Assembly: GCA_024692235.1 (NCBI GenBank)
Contig: JAILMW010000038.1
Span: 4,987 to 68,986 of the forward strand
From: Saccharofermentans sp.
Lineage (GTDB): Bacteria > Bacillota > Clostridia > Saccharofermentanales > Saccharofermentanaceae
Reading direction: 5' to 3'
Length of the DNA: 64,000 nt
In this document: positions 29,787 through 39,201 of the stretch, one piece after another
How positions within the stretch are numbered: the first letter of the stretch is position 1
How the letters are laid out: each line of letters starts with the position of its first letter
The notes under the pieces: generated by a model
Databases searched by the model: none
Seen by the model: only the letters and a program-made list of their open reading frames with translations
What the model was told of the DNA's origin: nothing
Translations under genes and position numbers: made by a program

Positions 29787-31136
29787 TTATTTTGTTTGTT
29801 CATTTGCTTTATCTATGGCATCCAGGACTATCTTCCTGTATTGCTTATCAAGTGCTTCGCCGTCTTTGTAGAGGGCAAGGTCGGGAAGATCATTCTCGTC
29901 GAAGTCAAGCTTACCGTATCCTGTTGTTATGTCCTCTGCTGCGAACTTGGCGAAGACCATACTCTCGAGAAGGGAGTTGCTTGCAAGCCTGTTCTTGCCG
30001 TGTACGCCGTTACATGCAGTCTCGCCGATGGCGTAGAGGTGATCGCAGGATGTCTTGCTCTTATAGTCTACCTTGATGCCGCCCATGTAATAGTGCTGTG
30101 CAGGTACGACGGGGATGGGCTCCTTCGTTACATCGTATCCTTTCTCCGCGCAGTGCTCGACAATATTGGGGAAGTGCTTTAAGATCTCATCCTTGGGGAT
30201 AGGGCGAAGGTCTTCCCATACATGAGGAGTTCCGTCCTTCTCCATCTGTGCCAGTATCTTCGCCGTCAGAAGGTCGCGGGGCAAAAGCTCGTTAGTGAAC
30301 CTGTTGCCGTTCTTATCAAGAAGGATGGCACCTTCGCCTCTTACTGACTCGGAGATAAGGAAGTTACGATCCTCTTCTTCGGTCGTATAGAAGGTAGTAG
30401 GGTGGATCTGGATGTAGTTTATGTCCTTGACCGCTATATCGTACTTAAGAGCCAGAGCGACAGAATCTCCGGTTAAGTTCCTGAAGTTTGTGGACTGAGA
30501 GTAGAGTCCGCCGATACCGCCTGTAGCGAGCATCGTATAATCAGCGAGGATCACTGAGATCTCTTCGCGCGTCTTGTAGTCGGCGGGCTTCTCTTCCGCA
30601 CGTGAGGAGTTATCCTTCACGACTGCGCCGTAGCAGCAGTTATCGCGGATGATAAGGTCTACCATCTTCTGATATTCGACGATCTCGATATTGGGGCGCG
30701 TAAGGACTTCTGCCCAGAGCTTCTCGGTTATCTCTCTTCCCGTGATGTCCTTATAGAAGAGGATCCTGGGTCTGCTGTGACCGCCTTCTCTGGTGAAGCC
30801 GAGTGAACCGTCTTCGTTTCTTTTGAACCTTACGCCGTAGCCTATAAGTTCGTCTGCCAGTTCGTGTGAATATCTGATCATAAGGTCTACGGAACCTTCG
30901 TCGTTCTCGTAGTGACCTGCCTTCATCGTATCCTCGAAGTAGGCGTCGTAGTCCGACATGTCGTCGAGCATGCACATACCGCCCTGAGCAAGGAACGAGT
31001 CGCTTCGTTCTACATTACGCTTGGTAATGACCGTGACTTTCTTATCCGCAGGCAGGTGAAGTGCTGCGATAAGGCCTGAACAACCGCTTCCTACGATAAG
31101 GACGTCGGTGTGAGTTACTTTCTTGTTAGTTGCCAT
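29787..31136 (-). CDS. nadB: L-aspartate oxidase
   Basis: GSGCSGL, S.LAQGG, REGGHS..RI, QIHPT, LISESVRGEG, HYYMGG and HGKNRLASNSLLE. Confidence 0.96.
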   Translation of the reverse strand: MATNKKVTHTDVLIVGSGCSGLIAALHLPADKKVTVITKRNVERSDSFLAQGGMCMLDDMSDYDAYFEDTMKAGHYENDEGSVDLMIRYSHELADELIGYGVRFKRNEDGSLGFTREGGHSRPRILFYKDITGREITEKLWAEVLTRPNIEIVEYQKMVDLIIRDNCCYGAVVKDNSSRAEEKPADYKTREEISVILADYTMLATGGIGGLYSQSTNFRNLTGDSVALALKYDIAVKDINYIQIHPTTFYTTEEEDRNFLISESVRGEGAILLDKNGNRFTNELLPRDLLTAKILAQMEKDGTPHVWEDLRPIPKDEILKHFPNIVEHCAEKGYDVTKEPIPVVPAQHYYMGGIKVDYKSKTSCDHLYAIGETACNGVHGKNRLASNSLLESMVFAKFAAEDITTGYGKLDFDENDLPDLALYKDGEALDKQYRKIVLDAIDKANEQTK

Positions 31137-31177
31137 TGGCATCTCCTCATAGGCTCTTGCTAAGTATTGCTTGACCT

Positions 31178-31206
31178 AAGATAACACATGTTTTTACACC
31201 TGACAA
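31178..31206 (-). promoter_or_regulatory. sigmaA-type promoter for nadB-nadC-niaR
   Basis: Minus strand TTGTCA-N17-TATCTT with extended TG; the -35 lies inside the NiaR box. Confidence 0.55.
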
Positions 31207-31218
31207 GACACCTGTAAA
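31193..31218. promoter_or_regulatory. NiaR operator
   Basis: TTTACAccTGaCaaGACAccTGTAAA, an imperfect palindrome resembling the TACA..TGTC..GACA..TGTA NiaR box, between divergent nad genes. Confidence 0.8.
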
Positions 31219-31226
31219 GTTTTCTG

Positions 31227-31255
31227 TTGACACATATCGGTCTCATGTTTATACT
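31227..31255 (+). promoter_or_regulatory. sigmaA-type promoter of nadA
   Basis: TTGACA-N17-TATACT. Confidence 0.75.
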
Positions 31256-31292
31256 TTCGATTAACAAACCCTAAGATACAGGAGAATACATT

Positions 31293-32213
31293 ATGACGAT
31301 CAGTGAAATGCAGGAAGAGATACGCCGCATCAAGAAGGAGAAGGATATCTGTATCCTTGCACACGCTTACCAGAACCACGAGATATTAGAAGTAGCTGAT
31401 TATGTCGGAGATTCCTACGGACTTGCAGTTAATGCCTCCAAGGACTCCAAGAAGACCGTCCTGATGTGCGGTGTACGCTTCATGGCTGAGACATGTAAGA
31501 TCATATCTCCCGAGAAGAATGTTATCCTCGTATCTTCAGAAGCAGGATGCCCCATGGCTGAGCAGCTCGACAGCGACTTCCTTGCAGCGATAAAGGAGGA
31601 CTACCCTGATTACACTACCGTCTGCTACATAAATACTACAGCAGAACTTAAGACACAGTGCGATGTATGCGTAACATCTTCTGCGGCGCTTAAGATAGTA
31701 AGTCAGCTCGAAAGCGATAAGATACTCTTCATCCCCGATCCTAACCTTGGTAACTGGATCGAGAAGCAGCTTCCGGAGAAGACATTCGCATTCTATAAGA
31801 GAGGCGGATGCCCTACGCACTTCCGTCTCACTGCTGACGAAGTCAAGAAGGCTAAAGAGGCCCACCCCGATGCTCTTGTACTGGTACACCCCGAGTGCCG
31901 TCCCGAGGTAGTAGAGCTTGCCGACTACGTTGGAAGCACCACGGGAATAATGAACTACGCCAAGAACAGCGATAACAAGGAATTCATAATAGGTACGGAG
32001 AACAGCATCGTTTCTCACCTTCAGTACGACTGCCCCGACAAGCTCTTCTTCGCTCTTTCCAAGGACTGCGTATGCCACAACATGCGTCTTATCACATTGG
32101 GCGATGTCTACACGGCAGTCAAGGGCCTTACAGGCGAAGAGATCACATTGAGCGACGAAGTGATCACCGGTGCCAAGAGATGCATCGACAAGATGCTGGA
32201 GCTTGGCGGCTGA
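31293..32213 (+). CDS. nadA: Quinolinate synthase
   Basis: AHAYQ, VGDS, CGVRFMAET, AGCPMA, YINT, CVTSS, HPEC, GST, GTE and C.NM. Confidence 0.97.
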   Translation: MTISEMQEEIRRIKKEKDICILAHAYQNHEILEVADYVGDSYGLAVNASKDSKKTVLMCGVRFMAETCKIISPEKNVILVSSEAGCPMAEQLDSDFLAAIKEDYPDYTTVCYINTTAELKTQCDVCVTSSAALKIVSQLESDKILFIPDPNLGNWIEKQLPEKTFAFYKRGGCPTHFRLTADEVKKAKEAHPDALVLVHPECRPEVVELADYVGSTTGIMNYAKNSDNKEFIIGTENSIVSHLQYDCPDKLFFALSKDCVCHNMRLITLGDVYTAVKGLTGEEITLSDEVITGAKRCIDKMLELGG

Positions 32214-32256
32214 TAAGAAACAGAAGAACTGCTGATCAGATAAATCCGCGCAATAC

Positions 32257-32282
32257 AAAAGGGAGCTTAGGCTCCCTTCTTC
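32257..32282. terminator. Bidirectional terminator
   Basis: AAAAGGGAGC-TTAG-GCTCCCTTCTT. Confidence 0.75.
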
Positions 32283-32286
32283 TGTC

Positions 32287-32370
32287 TCAGTTCTCGTTTA
32301 AGTAATTCTTTATGGCACTGACCGCAGGGATAGCGCATAAAGCGAGAACACCGATAATAGCTAAAGTCAT
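32287..32370 (-). CDS. 27-aa hydrophobic small protein MTLAIIGVLALCAIPAVSAIKNYLNEN
   Basis: GGAGG RBS about 8 nt before ATG, single TM-like helix, terminator directly downstream. Confidence 0.6.
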   Translation of the reverse strand: MTLAIIGVLALCAIPAVSAIKNYLNEN

Positions 32371-32528
32371 GTTCTTTATCCTCCGCGAAGTATTATAGGA
32401 CTACTAAGAATACGTGTTAAGTATTTCTTTTATGATCTTGTTCAAAGAAAAGTGAGTAATACCGATGTAGTAAGCTTAAGTTTCTTTAATAGTTAATTCA
32501 TATAATGTTCAACCATATCGGTATAAAG

Positions 32529-32613
32529 CCCCCTCCCGCAAAGGATAAAATCCATGTATATGGTACTTGTCACTATACGGCTTATGCTCCCGGCGCTATC
32601 GGGAGGGGGAGGT
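32529..32613 (+). promoter_or_regulatory. 5' leader with anti-Shine-Dalgarno pairing
   Basis: CCCCCTCCCG (32529-38) is complementary to CGGGAGGGGG (32600-09), which overlaps the RBS; TATAAT at 32501. Confidence 0.45.
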
Positions 32614-32617
32614 ATAT

Positions 32618-35600
32618 ATGAGAAGGTTTATGAAGGTATTGGCGGCCGTGGTAACATCGCTTTGTCTTCTTGTGATCAATCTGCCGCTTCAAGGAACGAA
32701 GGTCCTTGCTGACAATAATGTATATACATTCAGCAATAACGGATCTGAAGGAACTCTCACATACGGAAATACTTCGATCGGGAACGGCCAATATGCCGAG
32801 AACTTCCTGATGCTTGAACCCGGAACACTGGAGATCAATTATACTCCCGGTGACGGTATCAGCGGTATCGTGATCATCATCCGCGATCTCGATAACCCGC
32901 CTGCAGAAGGTGATCCTTGGCAGCCTGCGCTTACGGTCCAGGGAGATACTGCCACGAGCGATCAACTCGTTCTCTCGCAGTGTATGCAGATCGAAGAGAT
33001 CCGTGAAGGCGGTGGTATGGTGCAGCTTACCCTTATCAAGGTCTACAAGGTCGAGTGGTCATCCAATATTATCAGGGATATCATATTCTTCAAGGATGCC
33101 AACGCTACTATCAAGAGACACTTTGACCATGCTCATGCTGCCTGTGAATTTGCTCTTCCGGACCATACTTCCAGGGTCACCATAGCAGAAGAGACCGGTC
33201 GCAATAATACTGAGACATATTCCGGCGTATTCTATCTCTATAATCGCCCCGGGCAGTTAGCGATAGATAACACCGGAGATGTTAACGGCGAGGATCTGTT
33301 AAGGCTCACGAGCGTTAAGATCAACGATACATCCGTAGGTGTCATGAATGAATACGATCTTTGTACTTATCCCGTATCGCCGCGTAGCGACGGAAGTATC
33401 AAGATAGAACTTACAGGTGATACCAGACTTTGTGTCGTTATCGGCTGGATCAACTCCGAAGCATTCCAGGATGAGAGCACGAGAGCATTCTACGACAATA
33501 TGGGTTATGGTCTCTTCAATTGCGGATCTGCCGAAGTAAGAGCGATCTACGACGAGAACATGAACCGAGTAAATACATACTATACGACTGACGGCTGTAT
33601 CCTCTCCGACGAGTTTGAGATCAGAGGCCACAGGACTCCCGGTATCGGTGAGCTTCGTGTACAGGCCGGTTACTATGTCGAATTCGAGTTTATTCCCAGA
33701 AACGGATATCAGCTTGATCAGTTCCTTTGTAACGACGGTCCTGCGGCCATCGTTCCGTACGGAAATCAGCCGAACCACTATCTTTTCCATGTGCCTGAGA
33801 ATAACATCCATTTAAGTGCACAATTCGTAGAGAAGCCCGATGAGCTCGTAAGCGGAACATCTTCAGCGGTAACAGGCGGTAATGCAGCTATCCCTCAGGA
33901 TGCATTTATCGGCGGCAGCGGACGTATCACTGTCTCTGACCTCAGCAATCAGGCAGCGGCTCAGTACGATAGCCAGATCTCAGACGAATACGAGATCGCC
34001 GACGCTGTAGCACTTGATATGTCTAATGTCTTCGAGAAGGCTAACGATACAGGTGAGTGGGTCATCGACGATCTTCACAATGCAGCAGGAACGGCCACGA
34101 TCTCTCTTGAGCTCGGTGAAGACTTTGACCCCGATAACAACGTTCAGATCGTCCATAACAACAACGGAGTCTTAGAATATCTTCCTACGACATACGATCC
34201 CGATACTCACACCGTATATTTCAATACCACGGGATTCTCTGACTTCATCATCACTACGACCGATGAGGCTACTGAAGATGCCGTGATCCCTGAAGGATTC
34301 GGCGAAGAAGCGCAAGAGGGTAACGGCAACGAAGAAGAGCATCACGAGCCTGCACCTGAGTATAATATCGATCAGTCCGGAGACGGCTACATCCTTACCA
34401 CGGTCGAAGAAATCGACGGTGAGTCTGATAGGATCACTGTTGAAGCCGGATGCACTATCCCCAGTGAAGCTGATATCAGGTGGGGCGTCGTTCCCGACGG
34501 TATGCAGATCGTTATCGACTACGACGGAGAGCAGAGAACTCTCGGTGAACAAGATGCGTTTAATCCAGGACATTTTGTTACCTTTAACGGTATCGATGTA
34601 AGCGGTAATACCATTACTGCTCATTTCAGCAAGTGCTGGGTACTTGCATTTGGTACAACTACGGATCTGCAGTTTACCGTATACGGCAGCAACGGTCAGA
34701 CCTTAAGGCCCGTAAGCGCTATGGTCAACGATGAGATGCTCTCGTCCGTACCTCCTTATCCCGTTTACTCCGATGTAGATGAGAGTGAGGAACAAAGATA
34801 TAACATCGTAGAGCTGACATTCACATCAAAGCCTGCTTATATAACTGTTACGGCAGCTCCCAACAATGCCCTCACCGCGATCTCCGGTGTGGAGAATGTA
34901 AATCCTCTCGGTGCTAACAGAGTCGATTACATAGACGAGGAAGATCAGGGATTTGTATGGATGGACGCAGACGGTACAACTACTCTTGATGCAAGAAGCA
35001 TCACGGGAGCATACGTAGAGGCAGGCGACGGCTACGTTCTCTTTACTAACGAATTCCTGATCGACGATATCCCTGACGATATCGCTGCAACCCTGGCTGA
35101 GCTCTATGCGGCAGCAGGATACACCGACGTAGGCATGCTGTACGGATTCGACCTTCAGCTCTTCTATAACGGTGAGCCCGTTCACGAGACAGGTTCTCCC
35201 GTTAAGATCACATTCACTCTTGCAGCTGATCCGGGTCTTGCAGAAGGCGAGAAGCTCTTCATCCTTCGTGAGCACGACGGAGCGCTTGAGCTCATAGAAG
35301 CAACATACGATCCTACTACAAGGTCTGTAACCTTCTACACGGACCGCTTCTCAAATTATGTTCTCTGCAAGGGTAAGATCCCGGTAAATGCAGAAGAGAC
35401 GACAGCGACGACTACTGCCGCGACCGAAGCGACAACAGCAGCAACGACAGCGGCACCTGCGGAAACGACAGCGGCACCTGCGGAAACGACGGCAGCTGCT
35501 CCTGCCGCACAGGCTACGGCGGCAAGGACAGGTGAGGCGAGATCCGCCGCCAACATGGTAGCGATAATTCTCATCACTGCCGCAGCAGCACTATTCGTAG

Positions 35601-35638
35601 GAGAAGTTCGTAAGAGAACCAAAGAAGAGACAACATGA
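32618..35638 (+). CDS. Large secreted / cell-wall-anchored surface protein
   Basis: Signal peptide ending KVLA; two related ...YDP.T..V.F.T..FS.(F/Y) domains; T/A/P linker; ARTGE + TM + RKRTK sorting-like tail. Confidence 0.8.
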   Translation: MRRFMKVLAAVVTSLCLLVINLPLQGTKVLADNNVYTFSNNGSEGTLTYGNTSIGNGQYAENFLMLEPGTLEINYTPGDGISGIVIIIRDLDNPPAEGDPWQPALTVQGDTATSDQLVLSQCMQIEEIREGGGMVQLTLIKVYKVEWSSNIIRDIIFFKDANATIKRHFDHAHAACEFALPDHTSRVTIAEETGRNNTETYSGVFYLYNRPGQLAIDNTGDVNGEDLLRLTSVKINDTSVGVMNEYDLCTYPVSPRSDGSIKIELTGDTRLCVVIGWINSEAFQDESTRAFYDNMGYGLFNCGSAEVRAIYDENMNRVNTYYTTDGCILSDEFEIRGHRTPGIGELRVQAGYYVEFEFIPRNGYQLDQFLCNDGPAAIVPYGNQPNHYLFHVPENNIHLSAQFVEKPDELVSGTSSAVTGGNAAIPQDAFIGGSGRITVSDLSNQAAAQYDSQISDEYEIADAVALDMSNVFEKANDTGEWVIDDLHNAAGTATISLELGEDFDPDNNVQIVHNNNGVLEYLPTTYDPDTHTVYFNTTGFSDFIITTTDEATEDAVIPEGFGEEAQEGNGNEEEHHEPAPEYNIDQSGDGYILTTVEEIDGESDRITVEAGCTIPSEADIRWGVVPDGMQIVIDYDGEQRTLGEQDAFNPGHFVTFNGIDVSGNTITAHFSKCWVLAFGTTTDLQFTVYGSNGQTLRPVSAMVNDEMLSSVPPYPVYSDVDESEEQRYNIVELTFTSKPAYITVTAAPNNALTAISGVENVNPLGANRVDYIDEEDQGFVWMDADGTTTLDARSITGAYVEAGDGYVLFTNEFLIDDIPDDIAATLAELYAAAGYTDVGMLYGFDLQLFYNGEPVHETGSPVKITFTLAADPGLAEGEKLFILREHDGALELIEATYDPTTRSVTFYTDRFSNYVLCKGKIPVNAEETTATTTAATEATTAATTAAPAETTAAPAETTAAAPAAQATAARTGEARSAANMVAIILITAAAALFVGEVRKRTKEETT
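35443..35490 (+). repeat. 21-bp coding tandem repeat (TTAAPAE)
   Basis: AACGACAGCGGCACCTGCGGA x2 plus a partial third copy. Confidence 0.85.
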
Positions 35639-35654
35639 CATAAAAGCTAAAGAG

Positions 35655-35685
35655 TCGGATACCTTCACGGGTATCCGATCTTTTT
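35655..35685 (+). terminator. Intrinsic terminator
   Basis: TCGGATACC...GGTATCCGA followed by TCTTTTT. Confidence 0.75.
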
Positions 35686-35754
35686 GCCTTGTTAACATCC
35701 GTTGCTTGCCGCAACGCCCTTCTTACGGATATCTTGCCCATAAGGAGGTACAAC

Positions 35755-36231
35755 ATGAAAGTACACAAAAAGATCGCCATAGCAATACTTCTTATAGCGG
35801 TTGCAGTAGCAGGATATATTCTATACCCCCGGAAGTTCAAAGTAAGGGAAGATGAGATCGCACTTCGTATTCAGATGGACACAAAAGAAGATATCGGACT
35901 TCTCGTTTACGATTACAACATAGCAGGTCACGACTATAGCGGCGGCATATCCAATGCAGACCGCTCACTGATAGGGCACGACGAAGAACTTATCGTCACA
36001 TGGAACGATGAAGAACTCAAGATAAAAACAGAGGAAGATATCCCATTCAAGATAACATTCAGGATAATCACGGAATACACTGATCCCAATTACGAGAACA
36101 ACTATCCCGAAGGCATCACAGTATATCTGGATCCCATAGAATGGACAGCACACCTTGGAGAAGAATATGAAGTCCGAATCACGGGCGACAGTACCAACGG
36201 ATACGAAGCGCAATATACAGACGGTGCCTGA
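35755..36231 (+). CDS. Hypothetical protein with N-terminal membrane anchor
   Basis: AGGAGGT RBS, KK + hydrophobic stretch, beta-rich acidic domain. Confidence 0.7.
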   Translation: MKVHKKIAIAILLIAVAVAGYILYPRKFKVREDEIALRIQMDTKEDIGLLVYDYNIAGHDYSGGISNADRSLIGHDEELIVTWNDEELKIKTEEDIPFKITFRIITEYTDPNYENNYPEGITVYLDPIEWTAHLGEEYEVRITGDSTNGYEAQYTDGA

Positions 36232-36251
36232 TAACATATACTACAAGTAAT

Positions 36252-36617
36252 ATGGTTATATCGATCGAACATGAACTTATAAGTAGCAACAACATCAGGG
36301 ACTTCGAGATAAGTCTTCGTGAGAAGATGTCTCTGGCTTGCGCTGAGATATGGATATCCGAAGACGGTACGGACTTCCCGTGTCTTGGCATCCTGGTAAA
36401 CTCAACTAAAGCGGTAGTTAACATCTTCTTCGAGGATGGAAGTAATTACGTCTCAACAGGAGACGAAGAGCAGGATGGCTATGTCACATTTTGTAAAGGA
36501 CAATACGAAGTAGCTTCCTATCAGTTGATCGGCAAGGAAGACGCGATACAAGCCATATTGGATTTCTATATGACCAAAGACAGATCGGAAAAAATCTCCT
36601 GGGAACAGCTGAGTTAA
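36252..36617 (+). CDS. Imm1-like immunity protein (polymorphic toxin systems)
   Basis: FPCLGILVN...AVV, S.G, V.F, A..AI.DF....R...ISWEQL pattern typical of Imm1. Confidence 0.65.
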   Translation: MVISIEHELISSNNIRDFEISLREKMSLACAEIWISEDGTDFPCLGILVNSTKAVVNIFFEDGSNYVSTGDEEQDGYVTFCKGQYEVASYQLIGKEDAIQAILDFYMTKDRSEKISWEQLS

Positions 36618-36739
36618 AACCTCAGCCGACCCCCGATGAATCCGTCTTCGAGAGTCTGACTTGATACGAATACTATGACATAGTGCTAAAATGGACACAG
36701 TCGGGTTTCCGGCTGTGTTTTGTTTGTGGGGGATAGTAT

Positions 36740-37024
36740 ATGAATTGGTTATTGGTTATGGCGGCCTTGTATGCGCTTCTTATGTTCATTGTCTATGCGG
36801 TGCTCAGGCGTGTCTTAAATAAGTGCGGAAAGTATCTTCTTCTGGGTGTTGCCGACGGGGTAGCATTTCTAGTGGTATTAGTGCTTGCACTCCTTGATAT
36901 ATGTACTCCCGGGGGTGATCTGAACGGAATGCTTGGGCAGATACTTCTTCTTGTATACGGCCCTGTTGCGGTCATTATCCTTATCTGTATCCTTGTAGCC
37001 CGGAGGCGCAACACAAAACGTTAA
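36740..37024 (+). CDS. Small hypothetical membrane protein
   Basis: Three hydrophobic segments, GGGGGA RBS, basic tail. Confidence 0.6.
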   Translation: MNWLLVMAALYALLMFIVYAVLRRVLNKCGKYLLLGVADGVAFLVVLVLALLDICTPGGDLNGMLGQILLLVYGPVAVIILICILVARRRNTKR

Positions 37025-37093
37025 CAGTTATGTTAATGTTTCTTGAGTATTTGAGTTATATAATAGAAAGAAAGCGCCCGTTGAGGTTAAGTC

Positions 37094-39088
37094 ATGGTAG
37101 ATCAGTTTTCCATTCAGCTTTCTTTCCTTATATTCGAAGCGGTATTCTGCTTTCTGTCCGCGCTTGTCTATGCCGTATCCAAAGATCCCTTTAAGCTCAG
37201 AAAGAAGATAGTACTGTCGCTTAATAGCGCGTGCGGTGCCATGCTTCTTTGCGAGTATCTGTTCTATGTCTATATGGGCAGTACGGGAGCCTGGGATATC
37301 CTGGTCATGAAGATCGTCAATGCGGCGGTCTACTACCTTATAGTCCTGCTGCTTCTTGCTTATGCGATGCTTGTGGCAGTCAGGCTTTTCTCCAGGTGCG
37401 ATCTTAAATACGATATGCCGTGCAGGAAGAGATTTATAGGAGTCGTGTCTATTGTCGGCGCAGGCCTTTTGCTTGTTACGGTATCTCAGTTCACGGGAAT
37501 ATATTATTACTTCGATTCCAACCATGTATATCAGAGAGGTCCCATGTTCTGGCTTGCTGCGGCGATCCCGACTATAGGCGCGCTTATTGTTGCTTCAGTT
37601 ATCCTGGAGCACAGGGATAAGATCGGAAGGGGACAGCTTGTGGTACTTCTTTCCTATCTGGTGCTTCCTATGGTAGGTGAGCTCTTCCAGGTATTGTTCT
37701 ACGGTAATTCCTACCTCAATATCTGCATGGGTCTGTCGGTACTTCTCATGTTTTTCGAGAATATGGTCAATAAGGAGAAGGAGATCGTAAGAGCTTCGAG
37801 GACTGAGGTCAGGACGGGACTTGCCAACGAGACCGGATATATAGAGTGGCTTCGAGACATGAAGGGCAAGGAAGAACTCAAGGACTATGCGGTGATAATA
37901 TTCGATCTTCGTAAGTTCTCGGATGTCAACAGGACGTACGGCGTAGAGAACGGCAACAGGGTGTTGGCATCTTTCGGAAGTGTAATGCTCACCAAGATAG
38001 ATTCCGATGAGATCCTCGGAAGACAGTATGGTAACCAGTTCATAGCGATAGTACATAAGGACCATGTAAGTTCTTTCCTTAATGTACTTAAGGGTATAGA
38101 CGTGACATTTACGGATGTATCTACAGATCAGCCTGAGACGATCACGCTGTCGGCCCGTGCAGGTGTATACCTTATCGACAGGACCGATCTTGACGGAGAG
38201 GATATCCTGATATTTGCAGGACAGGCATTAAGCGAAGTTAAGTCCAGAGAGACCGAAGATGTCGTATGGCTCACACAGGAACTTATCGATTCCATAGCAT
38301 CCCGTAAGGGCCTGGAAGGCGAGATAAGGGACGGTCTTAAGAAGGGCGAGTTCATACCGTACTATCAGCCCAAGGTCAATATCAAGACCGGTAAGATGTG
38401 CGGAGCTGAGGCTCTGTCCAGGTGGATCCATAACGGTGAGGTGTTATTCCCGGGTAAGTTCATAGAGATAATGGAAGCTAACGGCTCCATACGTCTTCTT
38501 GATATGGCTATATTAAAGACTGTATGCAGGGATATAGCGGAATGGCTGAGCATGGGCCTTATGGTACCTCAGATATCGGTCAACTTCTCCAGACGTAATC
38601 TCAGCGACCATGATCTTGCAGCGCATATAGATACTATCGTAAGCGCTTCGGGAATACCCAAAGAGCTTATTGAGATCGAGATAACGGAAAGCAGTGACGA
38701 GTTCTCCATAGAAGATCTGAGCAGGTTCGTAGATGCCATCCGTTCTCTGGGATACAAAGTGTCCATAGATGACTTCGGATCTAAAAGTTCCTCTCTGTCC
38801 CTTCTTCGTGACGTATCCTTCGATACTCTGAAGATAGATAAGGGATTCGTTGATAATTCCAAGAGCAAGGATGTAAAGATCTTAACTAATATCGTAAGGC
38901 TTGCAAGCGCCATCGATATGGAGATCGTAGCAGAAGGTGTTGAACAGAAAGGTCAGATAGAGACATTGGACGAGCTTGGCGTAGACGTCATACAGGGATT
39001 CTACTTCGATAAGGCTCTGTCTAAGGAAGTAATGACCGAGAGGCTCAAGTCACCTAACTACGATTGTGAGTTCGTAAGTACTATCTGA
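37094..39088 (+). CDS. Membrane sensor with degenerate GGDEF and EAL domains
   Basis: About 7 TM; YGNQF at the GGDEF site; YYQPK, AEAL, EITE, DDFGSKSS, KIDK, EGVE and QGFYF. Confidence 0.9.
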   Translation: MVDQFSIQLSFLIFEAVFCFLSALVYAVSKDPFKLRKKIVLSLNSACGAMLLCEYLFYVYMGSTGAWDILVMKIVNAAVYYLIVLLLLAYAMLVAVRLFSRCDLKYDMPCRKRFIGVVSIVGAGLLLVTVSQFTGIYYYFDSNHVYQRGPMFWLAAAIPTIGALIVASVILEHRDKIGRGQLVVLLSYLVLPMVGELFQVLFYGNSYLNICMGLSVLLMFFENMVNKEKEIVRASRTEVRTGLANETGYIEWLRDMKGKEELKDYAVIIFDLRKFSDVNRTYGVENGNRVLASFGSVMLTKIDSDEILGRQYGNQFIAIVHKDHVSSFLNVLKGIDVTFTDVSTDQPETITLSARAGVYLIDRTDLDGEDILIFAGQALSEVKSRETEDVVWLTQELIDSIASRKGLEGEIRDGLKKGEFIPYYQPKVNIKTGKMCGAEALSRWIHNGEVLFPGKFIEIMEANGSIRLLDMAILKTVCRDIAEWLSMGLMVPQISVNFSRRNLSDHDLAAHIDTIVSASGIPKELIEIEITESSDEFSIEDLSRFVDAIRSLGYKVSIDDFGSKSSSLSLLRDVSFDTLKIDKGFVDNSKSKDVKILTNIVRLASAIDMEIVAEGVEQKGQIETLDELGVDVIQGFYFDKALSKEVMTERLKSPNYDCEFVSTI

Positions 39089-39107
39089 TATCAGTGATAT
39101 GTCAGAT

Positions 39108-39142
39108 AAAAGCAGCCGGGATATATGTCCCGGCTGTTCTTT
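39108..39142. terminator. Bidirectional terminator
   Basis: GCAGCCGGGA...TCCCGGCTGT flanked by A and T tracts. Confidence 0.75.
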
Positions 39143-39201
39143 GTTATCGGATATCTTATGATGTTAACAAGGTGACCTTTAAGGTTCGATCCCAAGTCTT
39201 G

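Noticed and set aside
39181-39195. GGTTCGATCCC T-loop-like string
   Set aside because: No flanking T-stem or other tRNA arms.
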